In this document: positions 13,601-26,800 of the stretch, piece after piece
How the letters are laid out: each line of letters begins with the position of its first letter
Position numbering within the stretch: the first letter of the stretch is position 1
Source of the DNA: Octopus vulgaris
Taxonomy: Eukaryota
DNA length: 64,000 nt
Reading direction: 5' to 3'
Assembly (NCBI GenBank): GCA_951406725.2
Contig: OX597830.1
Coordinates: 53,816,001 to 53,880,000, forward strand
Made by a program: the position numbers and the translations under genes
The notes under the pieces: model-generated
Seen by the model: the letters and a program-made list of their open reading frames with translations, nothing else
Told to the model about the DNA's origin: nothing
The model's database searches: none

Positions 13601-15441
13601 TTCAGATCAAATCAAGTAAATGTTTAATTTCATGATTCATTTCACAATTTTGCAATTTTTTACTAAAATTGTGAGGAGAAAAAAATTGTATAAAATTAGT
13701 CAAAATTTATTTTATTTGCATATGTAATTAACTGGTCAATTTTACATAGATTTGATGTTAAATGGTTTGATATTTTCAAAAGATATGCACTTAACTGAAT
13801 TATGCAATTCAGTAGTATAGAATGTGTATGCTTGTGTATATGTATGTAAGTACATACGTATGTATGTGGAGAGAGAGAGAGAGAGAGGCATAGATGTGTG
13901 ATTAAGAATTGCCTTCCTGCCGTGTGATTTCAGATTCAGTCCCATGTCACGGCATCTTGGGCACGTTCTTCAACTGTAGCCTGTGACTGGCTGAATCCTT
14001 GTGAGTGGATTTTGTTGATGGAAACTGAAAGACGCCTGCTATCTGTGTGCATACATGCATGTGCGAGTGTGTGTGTGTGCATGCACTGGAAACAGGCGAG
14101 GGTTCGCAACAGGAAGGCCATCCTGGCTGTAGAAAATCTGCCTCAGCAAATTCCATCTGACCCATGCAAGCTAAAGAAAGTGGATTTAAATGAGGATGAC
14201 CATGATGGTCATAATGATTTTCATATGTGTGTGTGTTTATGTGAATGTTTGTGTGAGTGAGTTTGTATTTCTCTTGCCTATGTACTTCCTTGTTGGTTGT
14301 AAACAATGGCTTTGCTGACTGTGTTGTTTGTTTACCATCCACCTTGAAAGCAGGTGCAGATTTCTTAACGCATTGCATGATCTTTGTAAACAAAAGGCCA
14401 GTTCATATGGTATTGTTTTTTTCCAGTTCTTTGCATAAACATATCTAGGTTGTTTGTAGTCCCCTTAATGGGAGATTATTGCCTTGCTTGAAAACAAGCG
14501 GACATTGACTACAGGAAGGGCACCTGGCCCTAGAGGACTCTGTCCTAATATACCCTCACCAAACCTAAGCGAACATGATAAATTAGATGTTAATATGATG
14601 TCGGTAATGAAGGCAGCAAGCTGGCAGAATCATTAACATGCCAGGCAAAATGCTTATAAGTATTTCATCCATCTTTACATTCTGAGTTCAAATTCCACTG
14701 AAGTTGACTTTGCCTTTCATCCTTTCAGGAGTTTGATGAAATAAGTACCAGTTGTGTACTGGAGTCATTGTAATTGATTTACCCCTCACCTGGAATTGCT
14801 GGCCTTGTGCCAAAATTTGAAACAGTATGATGTTGGTGATGATGATGATGATGTATGTGTGAGTGTATTTGTGTGGTTATGACATTAAACTGCATCCTGT
14901 GGTCAGACTCCAGTTTGAAAGTTCTAGAGTTGTAAGGAGCATGGTATCACACCTTAATTACCATTACTCCCAGGCCCATCCTGACCTACCAGGGTCTCAT
15001 CTATGGGTTTAACAGATCTACCGGGAATAGAGAAGGCTCCTATTTTTTTTTGACAATGCCATGTGGAAGGCAGCTCTTCTTGAAAAAGATACTCTGACAT
15101 AAAACTTGCTATCAAAACAGTCCCAGTCATCTTGCAATTGTAAGTTCTACTGGAGCCTACTGTGACAGCCAAGAGAGTTGTCATTTAAATTCAGTGATAT
15201 ACAGAGGTTCCACTGTAATTTTATTTCTTGATCCATTTTGCGTTTTATAAAATCTCCTGGAAATGGTCGTCTGGTGACATGTAAAGTCATATCTGTGTAC
15301 ATGCAAGGGGGAAAGTAAATCAGAGCAATCAAGCTGAATGTGAAGTAATCATTGTGTGTGTATATATGTGTGTATCAAACATCCTTCTTTTAAACTTACT
15401 CTTGCTTTCACTGTGTTTTTTTTTTGTCTTTTTCTTTCCAG

Positions 15442-15528
15442 TGGGATAGAATTAAATGGATTGTACAAGAAAATCACCAAGAAAATCTCAAGATTCTCAA
15501 AGAAAGCCAGGAAGCGTTTACAAAAATG
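15442..15528 (+). CDS. Candidate 87-nt internal exon, reading frame uncertain (WDRIKWIVQENHQENLKILKESQEAFTKM or GIELNGLYKKITKKISRFSKKARKRLQK)
   Basis: Long polypyrimidine tract + TTCCAG acceptor (AG 15440-15441), ATG|GTAAAT donor, unique purine-rich sequence, length divisible by 3. Confidence 0.65.
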
Positions 15529-15992
15529 GTAAATATTTCAAGTTGTTTTCTTCAAAATAAATAGTTTAAAGAATTTAATTTTTTGTCATTTAAAATTCCA
15601 CTGCAATAACAATTACTAAGTACTGTTTATTTTCTTCAGAATTTTGAAATCTAATCTTTCTTTGAAATACCTTCTTTTTTACTTCTTTTTCTGGTAAGTA
15701 GGAGGAAAGAAACTGGATGCAGGCATTTTTGTTGTCTTATATATGGCAGAATAATCCAGGCTTTTGTCTCTGTTTTTCCCCTCAAATTACCATAAATGGG
15801 TTTTCCCTTCTATTGAAGAATTTTCACATTCTTGTTGAGTTTTTTTTTTTTAATGATTTATCTTTTGTTCCTGTTAATCCTTTTGTTATTCATAATTGTA
15901 AGCCCCACTTTTGAATGTTAGTCCTTCTTATATCCTAAATATCTTCAGTCCTTGTGGCCAAGAAAAGAAATTATAATTATTTGTTTATTATA

Positions 15993-17420
15993 AGGCAGTG
16001 AGCTAGCAGAATCATTAGCACAATGGAGTAAAGTGCTGGCAGAAACGTTAGCACGCCAGGCGAAATGCTTTGTTGGTATTTCGTCTGCCGCTACATTCTG
16101 AGTTCAAATTCCGCCGAGGTCGACTTTGCCTTTCATCCTTTCGGGGTCGATTAAATAAGTACCAGTTACGCACTGGGGTTGATATAATCGACTTAATCCG
16201 TTTGTCCTTATTTGTCCTCTCTGTGTTTAGCCCCTTGTGGGTAGTAAAGAAATAGGTATTTTGTCTGTTTCTACATTCTGGGTTTGAATTCTACTGAGGT
16301 CGACTTTGCCTTTCATCCTTTTAGAGATAATTTTATTCTTGTTGAGTTTTTTTTTTTAATGATTTATCTTTTGTTCCTGTTAATCCTTTTGTTATTCATA
16401 ATTGTAAGCCCCACTTTTGAATGTTAGTCCTTCTTATGTCCTAAATATCTCCAGTCCTTGTGGCCAAGAAAAAAATAAGAACAAAATAAGTACCAGTTGA
16501 GCACTGGGTTTGATGTCATCAATTTAACCCTTCCTCTCAAAAACTGCTGGCCCTGTGCCAAAATTTGAAAGTATTATTGAAATAATGAGCTGGCTGAATT
16601 GTTAACACAGGTAAAATGCTTAGGGCATTTCTTCTGGCTCTTTCCATTCTGAGTTCAAATTCTGCCAAGGTTAACTTCGCCTTCCATCTTTTCGAGGTCA
16701 ATGAAATAAGTACCAGCTGACCACTGACATCAGGGTTATCAATTAGCTCCCTTCCCTCAAATTTCAAATCTTGTGCCTGTAGTAGAAAGGATTACCACTG
16801 TTACTGAGGCACTGCTCTGGTAGAATCATTGGAGTAGCAGAGAAAATGCCTTACAACATTTGTTCCAGCTCTTTACATTCTGAGTTCAAATCCTGCTGAA
16901 GTTAAGTACTGAAAATTGTTGGCTTTTTACCTATATCAGAACCCATTATTATTACTGAGAGTGAGAGAAAAACTATTTTGCAACACTTGTTCTGGCCCTT
17001 TGTGTTTTGTGTTCAAATCCTGCCATGGTCACCTTTGCCTTTCATCTTTTTTGGAATCAAAATAAAAGTTCCAGTCCCTTGGTTTAATGGAATTAACTAA
17101 TCTTCTCTGGTTTGATGAAATAAGTACTAATCAAGTGGGGTTGGTGTAATTGACTTACACTCTCTCTCAAAATGTTGTGCCTTGCGCCTTTTGTAGAAAG
17201 AATTATTATCATTATTGATCTTGCAGGATCTTTAACATATCAGATAAAATAGTTAGTGTCATTTCTTCTGGCTCTTTATGTTCTGAGTTCAAGTTCCACT
17301 GAGCTCAATTTTGCCTTTTGGGGTTGATAAAATAAGCACCAACTGAGCACTGGTGTCAATGTGATGCCCTCCCCTAATAACTGCTGGCCTTGTTCCAGAA
17401 TTAGAAATAATTATTTTCAA
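15993..17420 (+). mobile_element. Cluster of same-strand SINE family A copies (one young, several old ATT-tailed)
   Basis: Repeated B-box, Nin-like core and GGCCTTGTGCC..GAAA-(ATT)n tails. More copies continue to about 20220. Confidence 0.8.
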
Positions 17421-18074
17421 TTTGTTGTATTCCTATCACTCTAAGTGTACCTCCCTCAACAATTATATTTGTGATTTGTCTTATAATGTCATCCATCCTC
17501 TTTCCCCTATCCTTGTACTAATAGATGAAATTATATTATTTTTATTACAATAATTTTTTCTCAGGTATTATTTTAGATCTAAATTTACAAATTATTTTCA
17601 CTTTTTAATTTATTTTCTTCCAAAAGTTAATTCTATATTTGGTATCTTTGTGATGGCATTTTATGTAGGTTGCTTTTATTGTCTTTGAGGCTTTACAAAA
17701 AATGAAGATATTTGTTGCAGTGTTCTTGTAAACCATATTTTTGTTACCCTCATCCTGGACCCTTCCCAGGAAAAATAGATATCATCATCAGCATCATCAT
17801 CATCATTATTATTTAAGAATTGTTGGCATGCCAAACAAAATGCTTAGCTGCGTTCCAACTATCTGCATGTTCTGAGTTTGAATTGATTTTGCATTTCATT
17901 CTTTTGGGGTCTATGAAAGGAGTACCAGTTGAGCACTGGGGTCAATGTAACTGACTAGACTCTCCTTCAAAATTTCAGACCTTGTGCCTATAGTAGAAAG
18001 GATTATTATTATTACGGAGATGTACTTGCATAGAAAGTAACCTGATCTGAGATCGTGTGCTGGAACGAAAACAA

Positions 18075-18526
18075 TTGCAGCTTGGAAGGTGTTTCTAAGC
18101 CATTTAAGAAACACACAAAAGCCGTTAGATTCACTTCAACATTTAAATTTAATTTGTCAGTGAACAGGTCGCGGTCTCAAAGTGACGAAAATATTTTGAC
18201 AAATTAAATTTAAATGTTGAAGTGAATCTAACGGCTTTTGTGTGTTAGTTAGTTAATTTGGCTCAAAAGCAAATAGCAAGGCCATGTAGGGGGACATGGA
18301 GTTAAGTACAGGGTGGTGTTCATGTAAAGAGTTCAGGCCACTTGAGGTCAAGGGAGGCTTTGAACAAAGCGGTCGTCGGCATCTTCACCATCTCGTCTGG
18401 CAGCTTGTTCCACGGATCCGCAACCCGGACGGAGAAAGCTCCTCTCCTTCAATTGAGATGAAATCGTCGCAGGTAGAGCTTTTCGGAATTTTCTTAAATG
18501 GCTTAGAAACACCTTCCACGCTGCAA
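18075..18526. repeat. Fold-back element (~85-bp arms) with hammerhead-like loop, right arm split by a LINE fragment
   Basis: 18075-18159 is the reverse complement of 18197-18245 plus 18490-18526. Confidence 0.8.
18245..18490 (-). mobile_element. CR1-type LINE 3' end fragment
   Basis: Minus frame reads ...RRGAFSVRVADPWNKLPDEMVKMPTTALFKASLDLKW..., matching the FSxRVxxxWNxLP C-terminal motif, then a 3' UTR with (TAAC)n tail. Confidence 0.8.
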
Positions 18527-18946
18527 ATATTATTATTTTAGCAGAACTGTTAGAGTGTCAGAAAGCCTCGCTGTGCTATTTGCAGTACACTTCTATTATT
18601 CTGGTTTCAGATCCTGTTGAGGTCAACTTTGCCTTTCATCCCTTCAGGGTTGATAAAATAAAGTACCAGTCAAACTGTGGGCATGATAGTATCAGCTAAT
18701 CCCATTACCTCAAAATTTTTGGCTTTGTGCCTAAATCAAAAGCAATTATTATTTTTATTATTATTATCATTATGTGAGAACACTTGGCCTTGTGGTTAGC
18801 ATGTTGCACTCAATATCATGAGATTGTGGTTTCAATTCCTAGAGCAGGTGGTGCATCGTGTTTTTGAGCAAAACACATCATCTTAGGTTGCTCTGTGATC
18901 ACTTCAACACCTGGTGTGTAGTACGCCATGCACCTGTTCACATACC

Positions 18947-19178
18947 TATTTCTTTATTACCCACAAGGGGCTAAACACAGAGGGAACAAACAAGGACAGA
19001 CATAGGTATTAAGTCGATTACATCGACCCCAGTTCGTAACTGGTACTTAATTTATCGACCCCGAAAGGATGAAAGGCAAAGTCGACCTCGGCGGAATTTG
19101 AACTCACAACGTAATGCAGACGAAATACCGCTAAGCATTTCGCCCGGCGTGCTAACGTTTCTGCCAGCTCGCCACCTT
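18947..19178 (-). mobile_element. Young full-length SINE family A inside another tRNA-derived SINE (18782-19320)
   Basis: TSD CCTGTTCACATACC at 18933-18946 and 19183-19196. Confidence 0.9.
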
Positions 19179-20229
19179 ACTTCCTGTTCACATACCGTTG
19201 ACTTGATGGTGGGAGTGAGCTAATGTGTGGTATGATCTCTATAAACAAATCATTTGTGCAAGTTGTTTGGCAAATGCTGAACACTCTTATGTCGTCTTCG
19301 ATGGGAGAGTCTGTCATTATTATTATTATTGAGTGAGAGAGCAATGCATGCCATTGGGGTACAAATATATGAAACCCAATATACTTATAATTACTATTTG
19401 TCTGATAAGGATACACCAGCCATATGCATCACAATCATGTGCGTGACATGGTGATCTCATATCAAAATAAACAGCACATGACCTTGCAAGTTGAGCTCTG
19501 TTAGAATTTTCTTCAAGTTGAATAACCATTCACATTTAAAAGGTCCCTAAATAAGGGTTGTTTAAGGATGTTGAACAAAACAATGATGTTTCCAGAGGTG
19601 AATCATTCAAACTCCAAAGAATCTCTATCAACACATGGCTGTGATGTTCCCCCACTGCTCCTGCTCGTGATCAGAGATGCACATATTGTCAGCCACTGAA
19701 GGACGTGCTCAACTGGTTATGGTCAAGCAATTCTGTAGTATTGAGCAGAATATTTGTTGTAGCCCATCTTTTATACCAATATTATTATTATTATCATCAT
19801 CATCTTAGGTAGAGGATTGCTGAAATTTCTAGCACATCAAACAAAATGCTTAGAAGCATTTTCTGGCTCTTCACATGTTTAACTTAAATCCTTCCATGGT
19901 TAACTTTGCTTTTTGTTCTTTCGGGGTTGATAAAATAAAATACCTGTCAAGTACTAGGGTCAATATAATCAATTGACCCCTTCTCTGTAAAATTGCTGGT
20001 CTGGTGTCATCTTCAGAAAGAATTACTAATGTTATTATTAAAGTGATGAACTGACAGAAATTTTAGTATGCTAGACAAGCAGCATTTTGTCTGTTAAAAT
20101 TTCATCCTTTTGGAATCAATAAAGTAAGTACCAGTCAAGTACTAGGGTTGATGTAATCAACTTTCCTCTCCCCTCAAAAACTGCTGGCCCTATGCCAAAA
20201 TTTGAACCCATTGTTATTAAATAATTGTT

Positions 20230-20914
20230 AGCAACAGAAGCAATGTTAATCTCAAGAGGCAATCTTTATATCCAACTTAATGTGGATGTTTTGTTAGAAT
20301 GCCAGATACTGTAGTATTCACCTTGAGAGAATTTCTTAAATGGATGCATGGTGCATAAAAGCACGTGTATTTATATTGCTGGCAGACAAAAATCATTTGC
20401 TAGGGGTGCAGGAATCACCAGTTCATATGATTTTGGCATACATTTCCTCAGTCACAGTTTTCCTTTAGCTGCACACCAACTAAATCTCACTGCTAATGAT
20501 GTATAAAATTCCAGTGACTTTTGAGGCATTGATGTTGCAAATACACAGCAGGCTTATTAGAAAGTAATTATAAGCAACAGAAGCCATATTAGTACCAAAA
20601 AGCAAGCTCTATATCCATCTTAATGGGGATCTTTTGTTAGAATGCCACATATTGCTGTATTCACCTTGAGAAGACTTCTCATATGGATGCAGAGTCCATA
20701 AAAGAACAGATATTTATATCATTGGCAGTACCATAAATGATATATATTTATATCATTTATGGTACTGAAATTGCCTGATCACATGATTTCGACATACTGC
20801 ATCTTCTCAGTGACAGCCATCAATTAGCTGTGTACCAGCCAAATCTTGCCGTCAATGATGAATAGAACTCCAGTGACTTCTGAGGCACTGATGTCACAAA
20901 TAGCCAGTAGGCTT
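20230..20914 (-). repeat. Diverged tandem dimer, ~343-bp offset, each unit with a degenerate hammerhead core
   Basis: AGCAACAGAAGC starts at 20230 and 20573, and the units are collinear through ...GAGGCAYTGATG...AGGCTT. Confidence 0.75.
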
Positions 20915-21687
20915 GAGGCAGTCACACGATGTGGCTGTTCTGGTGCCCATAGCAAAATACCCAGCCTGTATTTTGTCACAATTGGCATACTTTTTTAATT
21001 ACAAATTTGCCCAATCATGATTAAACTGGAGCTAAATAACAAAAAATACCAACCCAAACCAAACCTGCCACACCCAAATAATTTCATGCCAGTTTCAATT
21101 TACTGAACATTAGCCATTTTAATCTGTTTGAACATCAGTGGTGGTGGTGGTGGAGGATCTCTGGTTGTCATGGTGACTGTACCCCTACTTCTAAACCATA
21201 CTCCCCCTATCATATATATATATATATTTGATTATTATTTCTAGCTTTTATCTTTCTCTACACCAACAATTTCAATTATTGGTGAGAACTAAAAAAATGT
21301 AATCTTCAAATTCTCATACTTCTCTTTAAATTTAATTAGTGTGCATTCCTATAGATGCTAAGTAATATATACATCTTTATCTGTGGTTGTGGTGTGCATG
21401 TATGTGTTTTTTCTCTTCTCTCTCTCACTTTATCTATCTATCTATCTATCTATCTATCTCACTTACAATCACGTGGCTTTAAGTTTGGCCTCAATGTGCA
21501 GCTCCTTAAGTGAGAGTGTGTGTGTGAATATTGATGTTCATTTGATTGTCACCACTTGGAGGAAACAGTGATGTTGTTCATATTGTTTGTTGACATTACA
21601 ACCAGTTGCTCTGTGCTTTTGAAAACCTGTGGATTTAAAAATATCTCTTACTTGAAAAACATGTAAAGATTGGTGACAGGAAGATTG

Positions 21688-22314
21688 TTAGAAAATTACT
21701 ATTTTTAAATCTCACAAAGATGAGATATTCAGCAACAGTACTTTGGAGTAAAGATTATTTGCCAACATAACATGGCAGTCCTGGTTTAGGATGAATGTTG
21801 CTGTAATTTAGCCTCAGGAGACATCATCTCCAGCTGGCTATATGACACAATCCATATTCTTATATTTTCGAACAAGGGAATCTAGCACCTCCACTCTGCT
21901 CAAAACAATATCTGTGTATCATGATTTCCGGGTTATTTTCCTTCATCAGCACAGAATAATTGTTTGGCTAGAGGTAGTGCTGCCAAATTCCTATTCGAAA
22001 TATATGGTTTTCAAAGTGACAACTAATCACTGACCTATAAATTAGAAAATTACTATTTGTAAATCTCATAATGAGAGATATTCAGCAACAATACTTTGGA
22101 GAAAAGATTGTTTGCCAGCATAACATGGCAGTCCTGGTTTAGGACGAATGTTGCAGTAATTTAGTGGGGGTGCTAGATTCCCTGGTTCGAAAATATAAGG
22201 ATGCAGATCGTGTCGTATAGCCAGCTGGAGACGATGTCTCCTGGGGCTAAATTACAGTAACATTCGTCCTAAACCAGGACTGCCATGTTATGTTGGCAAA
22301 CAATCTTTACTCCA
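21688..22314 (-). mobile_element. Penelope-like non-autonomous element: direct repeats (354-bp offset) plus inverted segment
   Basis: 21688-21811 matches 22042-22164. 22165-22314 is the reverse complement of about 21746-21895. Contains a hammerhead motif. Confidence 0.7.
21911..21955 (-). ncRNA. Minimal type I hammerhead ribozyme motif
   Basis: Minus strand: tctgtg-CTGATGA-aggaaaataacccg-GAAA-tcatga-TA-cacaga. 6-bp stem I, palindromic stem III, weak stem II. Confidence 0.7.
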
Positions 22315-23582
22315 GGAAGATTGTTGTTGTGATGTTTTGTACACTACCCTGCCTCAAACAACTCCTCTTCTAATCTATGCTAGCATGGAAAGATGGATAC
22401 TGTATGAGTTAACAAAGACATATGGATCAAGAAGCTTACATCTTGTGATTTCGGGTTCAGTTCCTCTGCATGGTATCTTAGGCAAATGTCTTTTGCTAAT
22501 GCACTAGGCTGAGTAATGCCTTGCAAATGAATTTAGTACACAGAAACAGTGTGGAATCCTGTCATATACGTGTGTGTGTATATATATATATATATATATT
22601 CAGGCAGTAGGTGATACAAAAAAGGACAGGAAAAGACAAGGATGGGTCATTCAGAGCTTTCAATCTTCAGTCAAAAAGCAGGTCATCTTTGCAGTTTTGG
22701 CTGGTTAATCTCGAGACTGCTCTAATCTGGTCGGCTAAGCTAAGGGCACTAGATTCTTTGGAAGAAAGCAAGCAAATGTATATGAAAAAAAAAAATGGAG
22801 AAATGACACAATTACAAATACAATCGACAGGACATTAACAAGTGTCTTTCGACTAGGGATGAATTAAATTAAGCTGGCGTGTGTGGAAGTGAAGCCTTCT
22901 GGCAGGAACATAGATAAAAGTCATGGGAAGAAATATGAAAGATGCTACACCAATGGTAGATGAACCAAGAAAACACATATATATATATACACACACACAC
23001 ATACACGCATATACATATATATACACACATATATACACGCATAGTAATTTTGTAGGCGAGTGAGGTGAGTTTTGTTTACGCACTTGAAAGGTCAGTAAAT
23101 CAAAATGCAAGATTAAAACTGGTGCTGCCTAATTTGAGCTTTCTGTAGAGATAAGATAACACATTGATCTCTTAAAGTACAAAACTACTATTTTTTTCTT
23201 TTTCTTTTTCGTTTCTTTTATTTCCTTTCTGATATTCTTTTTGGTTAAAATTATAGATTTCAACAGTTTTTAAATAGAATACTCGTTGGTTACTTGTGTT
23301 GCTGGAATGAAGGTGTAATATATGTATAGTGTGTGTGTGTGTGTGTGTGTGTGTCTGTCTATATGTTCTGTGAGTGTGAAATAAGAAGAAGCAAATATGT
23401 GTGTCTTGCATTTGTCTGTCTGTCTGTCTTCAGCTGTGGACTGGTTGCTGCTTTCATCATCATCTTAATCTTCACTGATGTCTTCATCACCATTACTGCT
23501 GTTGATGTTGTTCAACCTCAAGTGTACTCTGAACAAACAAACACCTATTATCAAAGACATTCTAGCCATGACCAACTTAAAT

Positions 23583-23819
23583 CATTTATTTCTTTATTGC
23601 CCCACAAGGGGCTAAACATAGAGGGGACAAACAAGGACAGACAAACGGATTAAGTCGATTTTATTGACCCCAGTGCGTAACTGGTACTTATCTAATCGAC
23701 TCCGAAAGGATGAAAGACAAAGTCGACCTCGATGGAATTTGAACTCAGAACGTAGCGGCAGCCGAAATACCGCTAAGCGCTTCGACCGTCGTGCTAACGT
23801 TTCTGCCAGCTCGACGCCT
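23583..23819 (-). mobile_element. Young SINE family A, alternative tail (GGCAATAAAGAAATAA)
   Basis: TSD TGACCAACTTAAAT at 23569-23582 and 23820-23833. Confidence 0.9.
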
Positions 23820-26800
23820 TGACCAACTTAAATTATTGTCAAAGCTTACTTTATTTGACATCTCCTTCCTCACATGTTTCAGACAGAAGGGTGTGGTAGG
23901 AGTCAGGATTTATTTGGTTACTATTTCTCAACAAGTCATCATGTCCATGGTTTGAACTTGGTGCCAGTGGTAGAATATGAACCAATGACCCTTTTATCTA
24001 ATAGATTAACACCTTATATATGCATATTGTATTTTGTAAACAACAATGTCATTGGTTACGGATTCCCAATAAACCAATTGTTGCTTCACTGCATTTTTGA
24101 GGGCAGGAGTAACAAGGGAGCATCTATGCAACTTGGGCAGAGCAAACACCTCATGTGACATCTTGCTGATGTATATCATCATTTTAATGTTCACTCCTCT
24201 ATGCTTGCGTAGGTTGGGAAGAATTTGTTGAGGCAGTTTTTCTACGGCCGGATGCCTTTCCTGTTGCCAACCCTCACCTGTTTATTTTTTCATTGTCAGA
24301 CATGTTTCTGCAGAATATTTTAAACGGACACTGCTTGTATAAGGGTGGATATCAAATCAATGTGATACACACATGCGTGTGTGTGTGTGTGTGTATCATT
24401 ATCATCATCATTTAATGTCTGTTTTCCATGCTGGCATGGGTTAGATGGTTTGTCTGGTGCTGGAGAGGTGTACCAGGCTCCATATATGAGGGGCTTCTTT
24501 TCAGTTTCTGTCTACCAAATCCACTCACAAAGCTTTGGTCAGCCTGGGGCTATAGCAGAAAACACTTGCCTAAGTTACTGCACAATGGAAATAAGCCTAT
24601 AATTATGTGGTTGGGCAACACATTTCCTAACTCTGTAGCCATCCTATGTATTTTGACATAGTCTACCTAGGACTACTTTGCCTAATGTTTCTTACGGATT
24701 TTGAAGGTGATATGGTGTCATTTGACTGGTTATTTAACCCCTCAGATGAGCTTTAAGGAGACCTGTGTTTCATCTTTTACTTGTTTCAGTCACTAGTCCG
24801 CGGCCATGCTGGGGCACCACATTGAAGAAACTTTAGTTGAACGAATTGGCCCCAATACCTTTTTTTTTTTTCAAATGTGGTATTTATTCCATTGGTCTTT
24901 TTGGCTGAACCACTAAGTTACAGGGATGTAAACAAACCAACACTGGTTTTCAAGTGGTGGTGGGGAGAAATACAGACAGACACACACACACTATATATAT
25001 ATATATATATGTATGATGGGCTTCTTTCAGTTTCTGTCTTCCAAATCTGCTCATATGGCTTTGGTTGGTCAGAGGCCCATAGCAGAAGATACTTGGTCAA
25101 GTTGCCATGCAGTGGGACTGAACCTGGAACTATGTAGTTGGGAAGCAAGTTTCTTATCACACAGTCATTCATGTGCCTACACTTATGATGAGGAAAAATA
25201 GAAAAAAAGAAATGTTCCAGCTTTGATCTTGCCGCTTATTTTCAGACAGCCTGTCTAGGAGTGCATTATCTAATGTTTGCCAGGAATTTTTTAAGATGGT
25301 AAGATGTGGTTTAAGGAGTCTTTGGCTACTACTTCTGGCAGGTAAAATGACCATGTACATGCTTTTACAGTTGTAATGTGTTGAAGGAATTTCTGAAGAG
25401 TTTTTTTGCCATATCTGCCTCAAATGATGCCAGCCACTAACTAAAATATTCTCAGAACATTGTCCTTTGGGAAACAGCATTTACATTCCTGACCTCGTAA
25501 ATTCTTTATTTTTGATTCCATATGAACCAAAACTCATTAGTTTTATGGCTATCTGTATGTGTGAAGACGTGTGTGTGTGCATGTAGATATGTTTCTATGT
25601 GTATAAGTGTGTGAGAAGATATGTGTGTCTGTATGTAAATATATGTGGCTTCTTGTGTGAATAATTGCTTTATTATGCATGTGTATGTATGTATGTGTAT
25701 ATATATATATATATATATTATGTAGTTGTGTGTGTGTGTGTGTGTATTATGTAGTGTGTGTTTTATACAAGTCTGTATGGATGTATGTATGAGTATGTAT
25801 TCAGTTGTAGATATATGTATGTGTGTGTGTGAATATATGTGATTTTGCATATATGCATAGCTAGGTATTTGAATGTATGTATGAAAATATGTATGTAAAT
25901 ATGTGTTTGTGTGTATAGATATATGTAAATATACATGTATGTATCTGTGTTATGTGTGTGTATGTATACATAGTATGTGTGTGTGTGTATATATATATAT
26001 ATACACACACACACATGATGGGCTTCTTCCTGTTTCCATCTATCAAATCACCTCACAAGGTTGTGGTCAGCTTTGGGCTATAGTAGAAACCTGTCCTGGG
26101 TGCCACACAGTAGGGCTGAACCCAAAACCACATGGTAGTGAAGCAAATCGCTTAACTACACAGCCACAGACAGACACATGCATGCATACACACACATGCA
26201 GACACGTTTATATGATTGCCCGGCATATGACAGATACCTGGTTCAAAACAATTGACAAAAAAAGCTGGTGGAGCCATGGAATAAACAACTGGAAAAGGAA
26301 AGCATTTTGAATGGAGTTGGAATGGAGTAGCAGTTCAGTATTGTAACCAGAGGCTGAATAAACCTCATCTCTATCACACAAACATTATATCTGTTGGTGT
26401 GAATAGTTATGGGAAGAATTTTCTTTCAGTGAAATTCCATTGTATGACGGAAGCACTGCAGCAGACACCTATAAATAACTATAGAAATAGTTCCGTAAAA
26501 AGTGGGGAAAAAATAGTCAAAACACTACTCTCTCTCTCTCTCTCTCTTCCTTTGTCTGTCTGTCTGTCTATCTATCTATCTCTGTTTGCCTTTCTTTGTC
26601 TGACTCTCTCTCTCTCTCTTCCTTTGTCTGTCTGTCTTTCTCTCTCTCCTATCACTCTCCTGCTCTCTCCATTTCTCAACTCACTTTTCCGCTTTTTCTT
26701 TCTCTCTCTCTCCTATCCCATTCCCCTTCCCTCTTTCTCTTCATCTCTTTCCTCTGTCTCTGCTCCCCCCTCCTCTCAATACTTTTTTCAGTCTCTTTCT

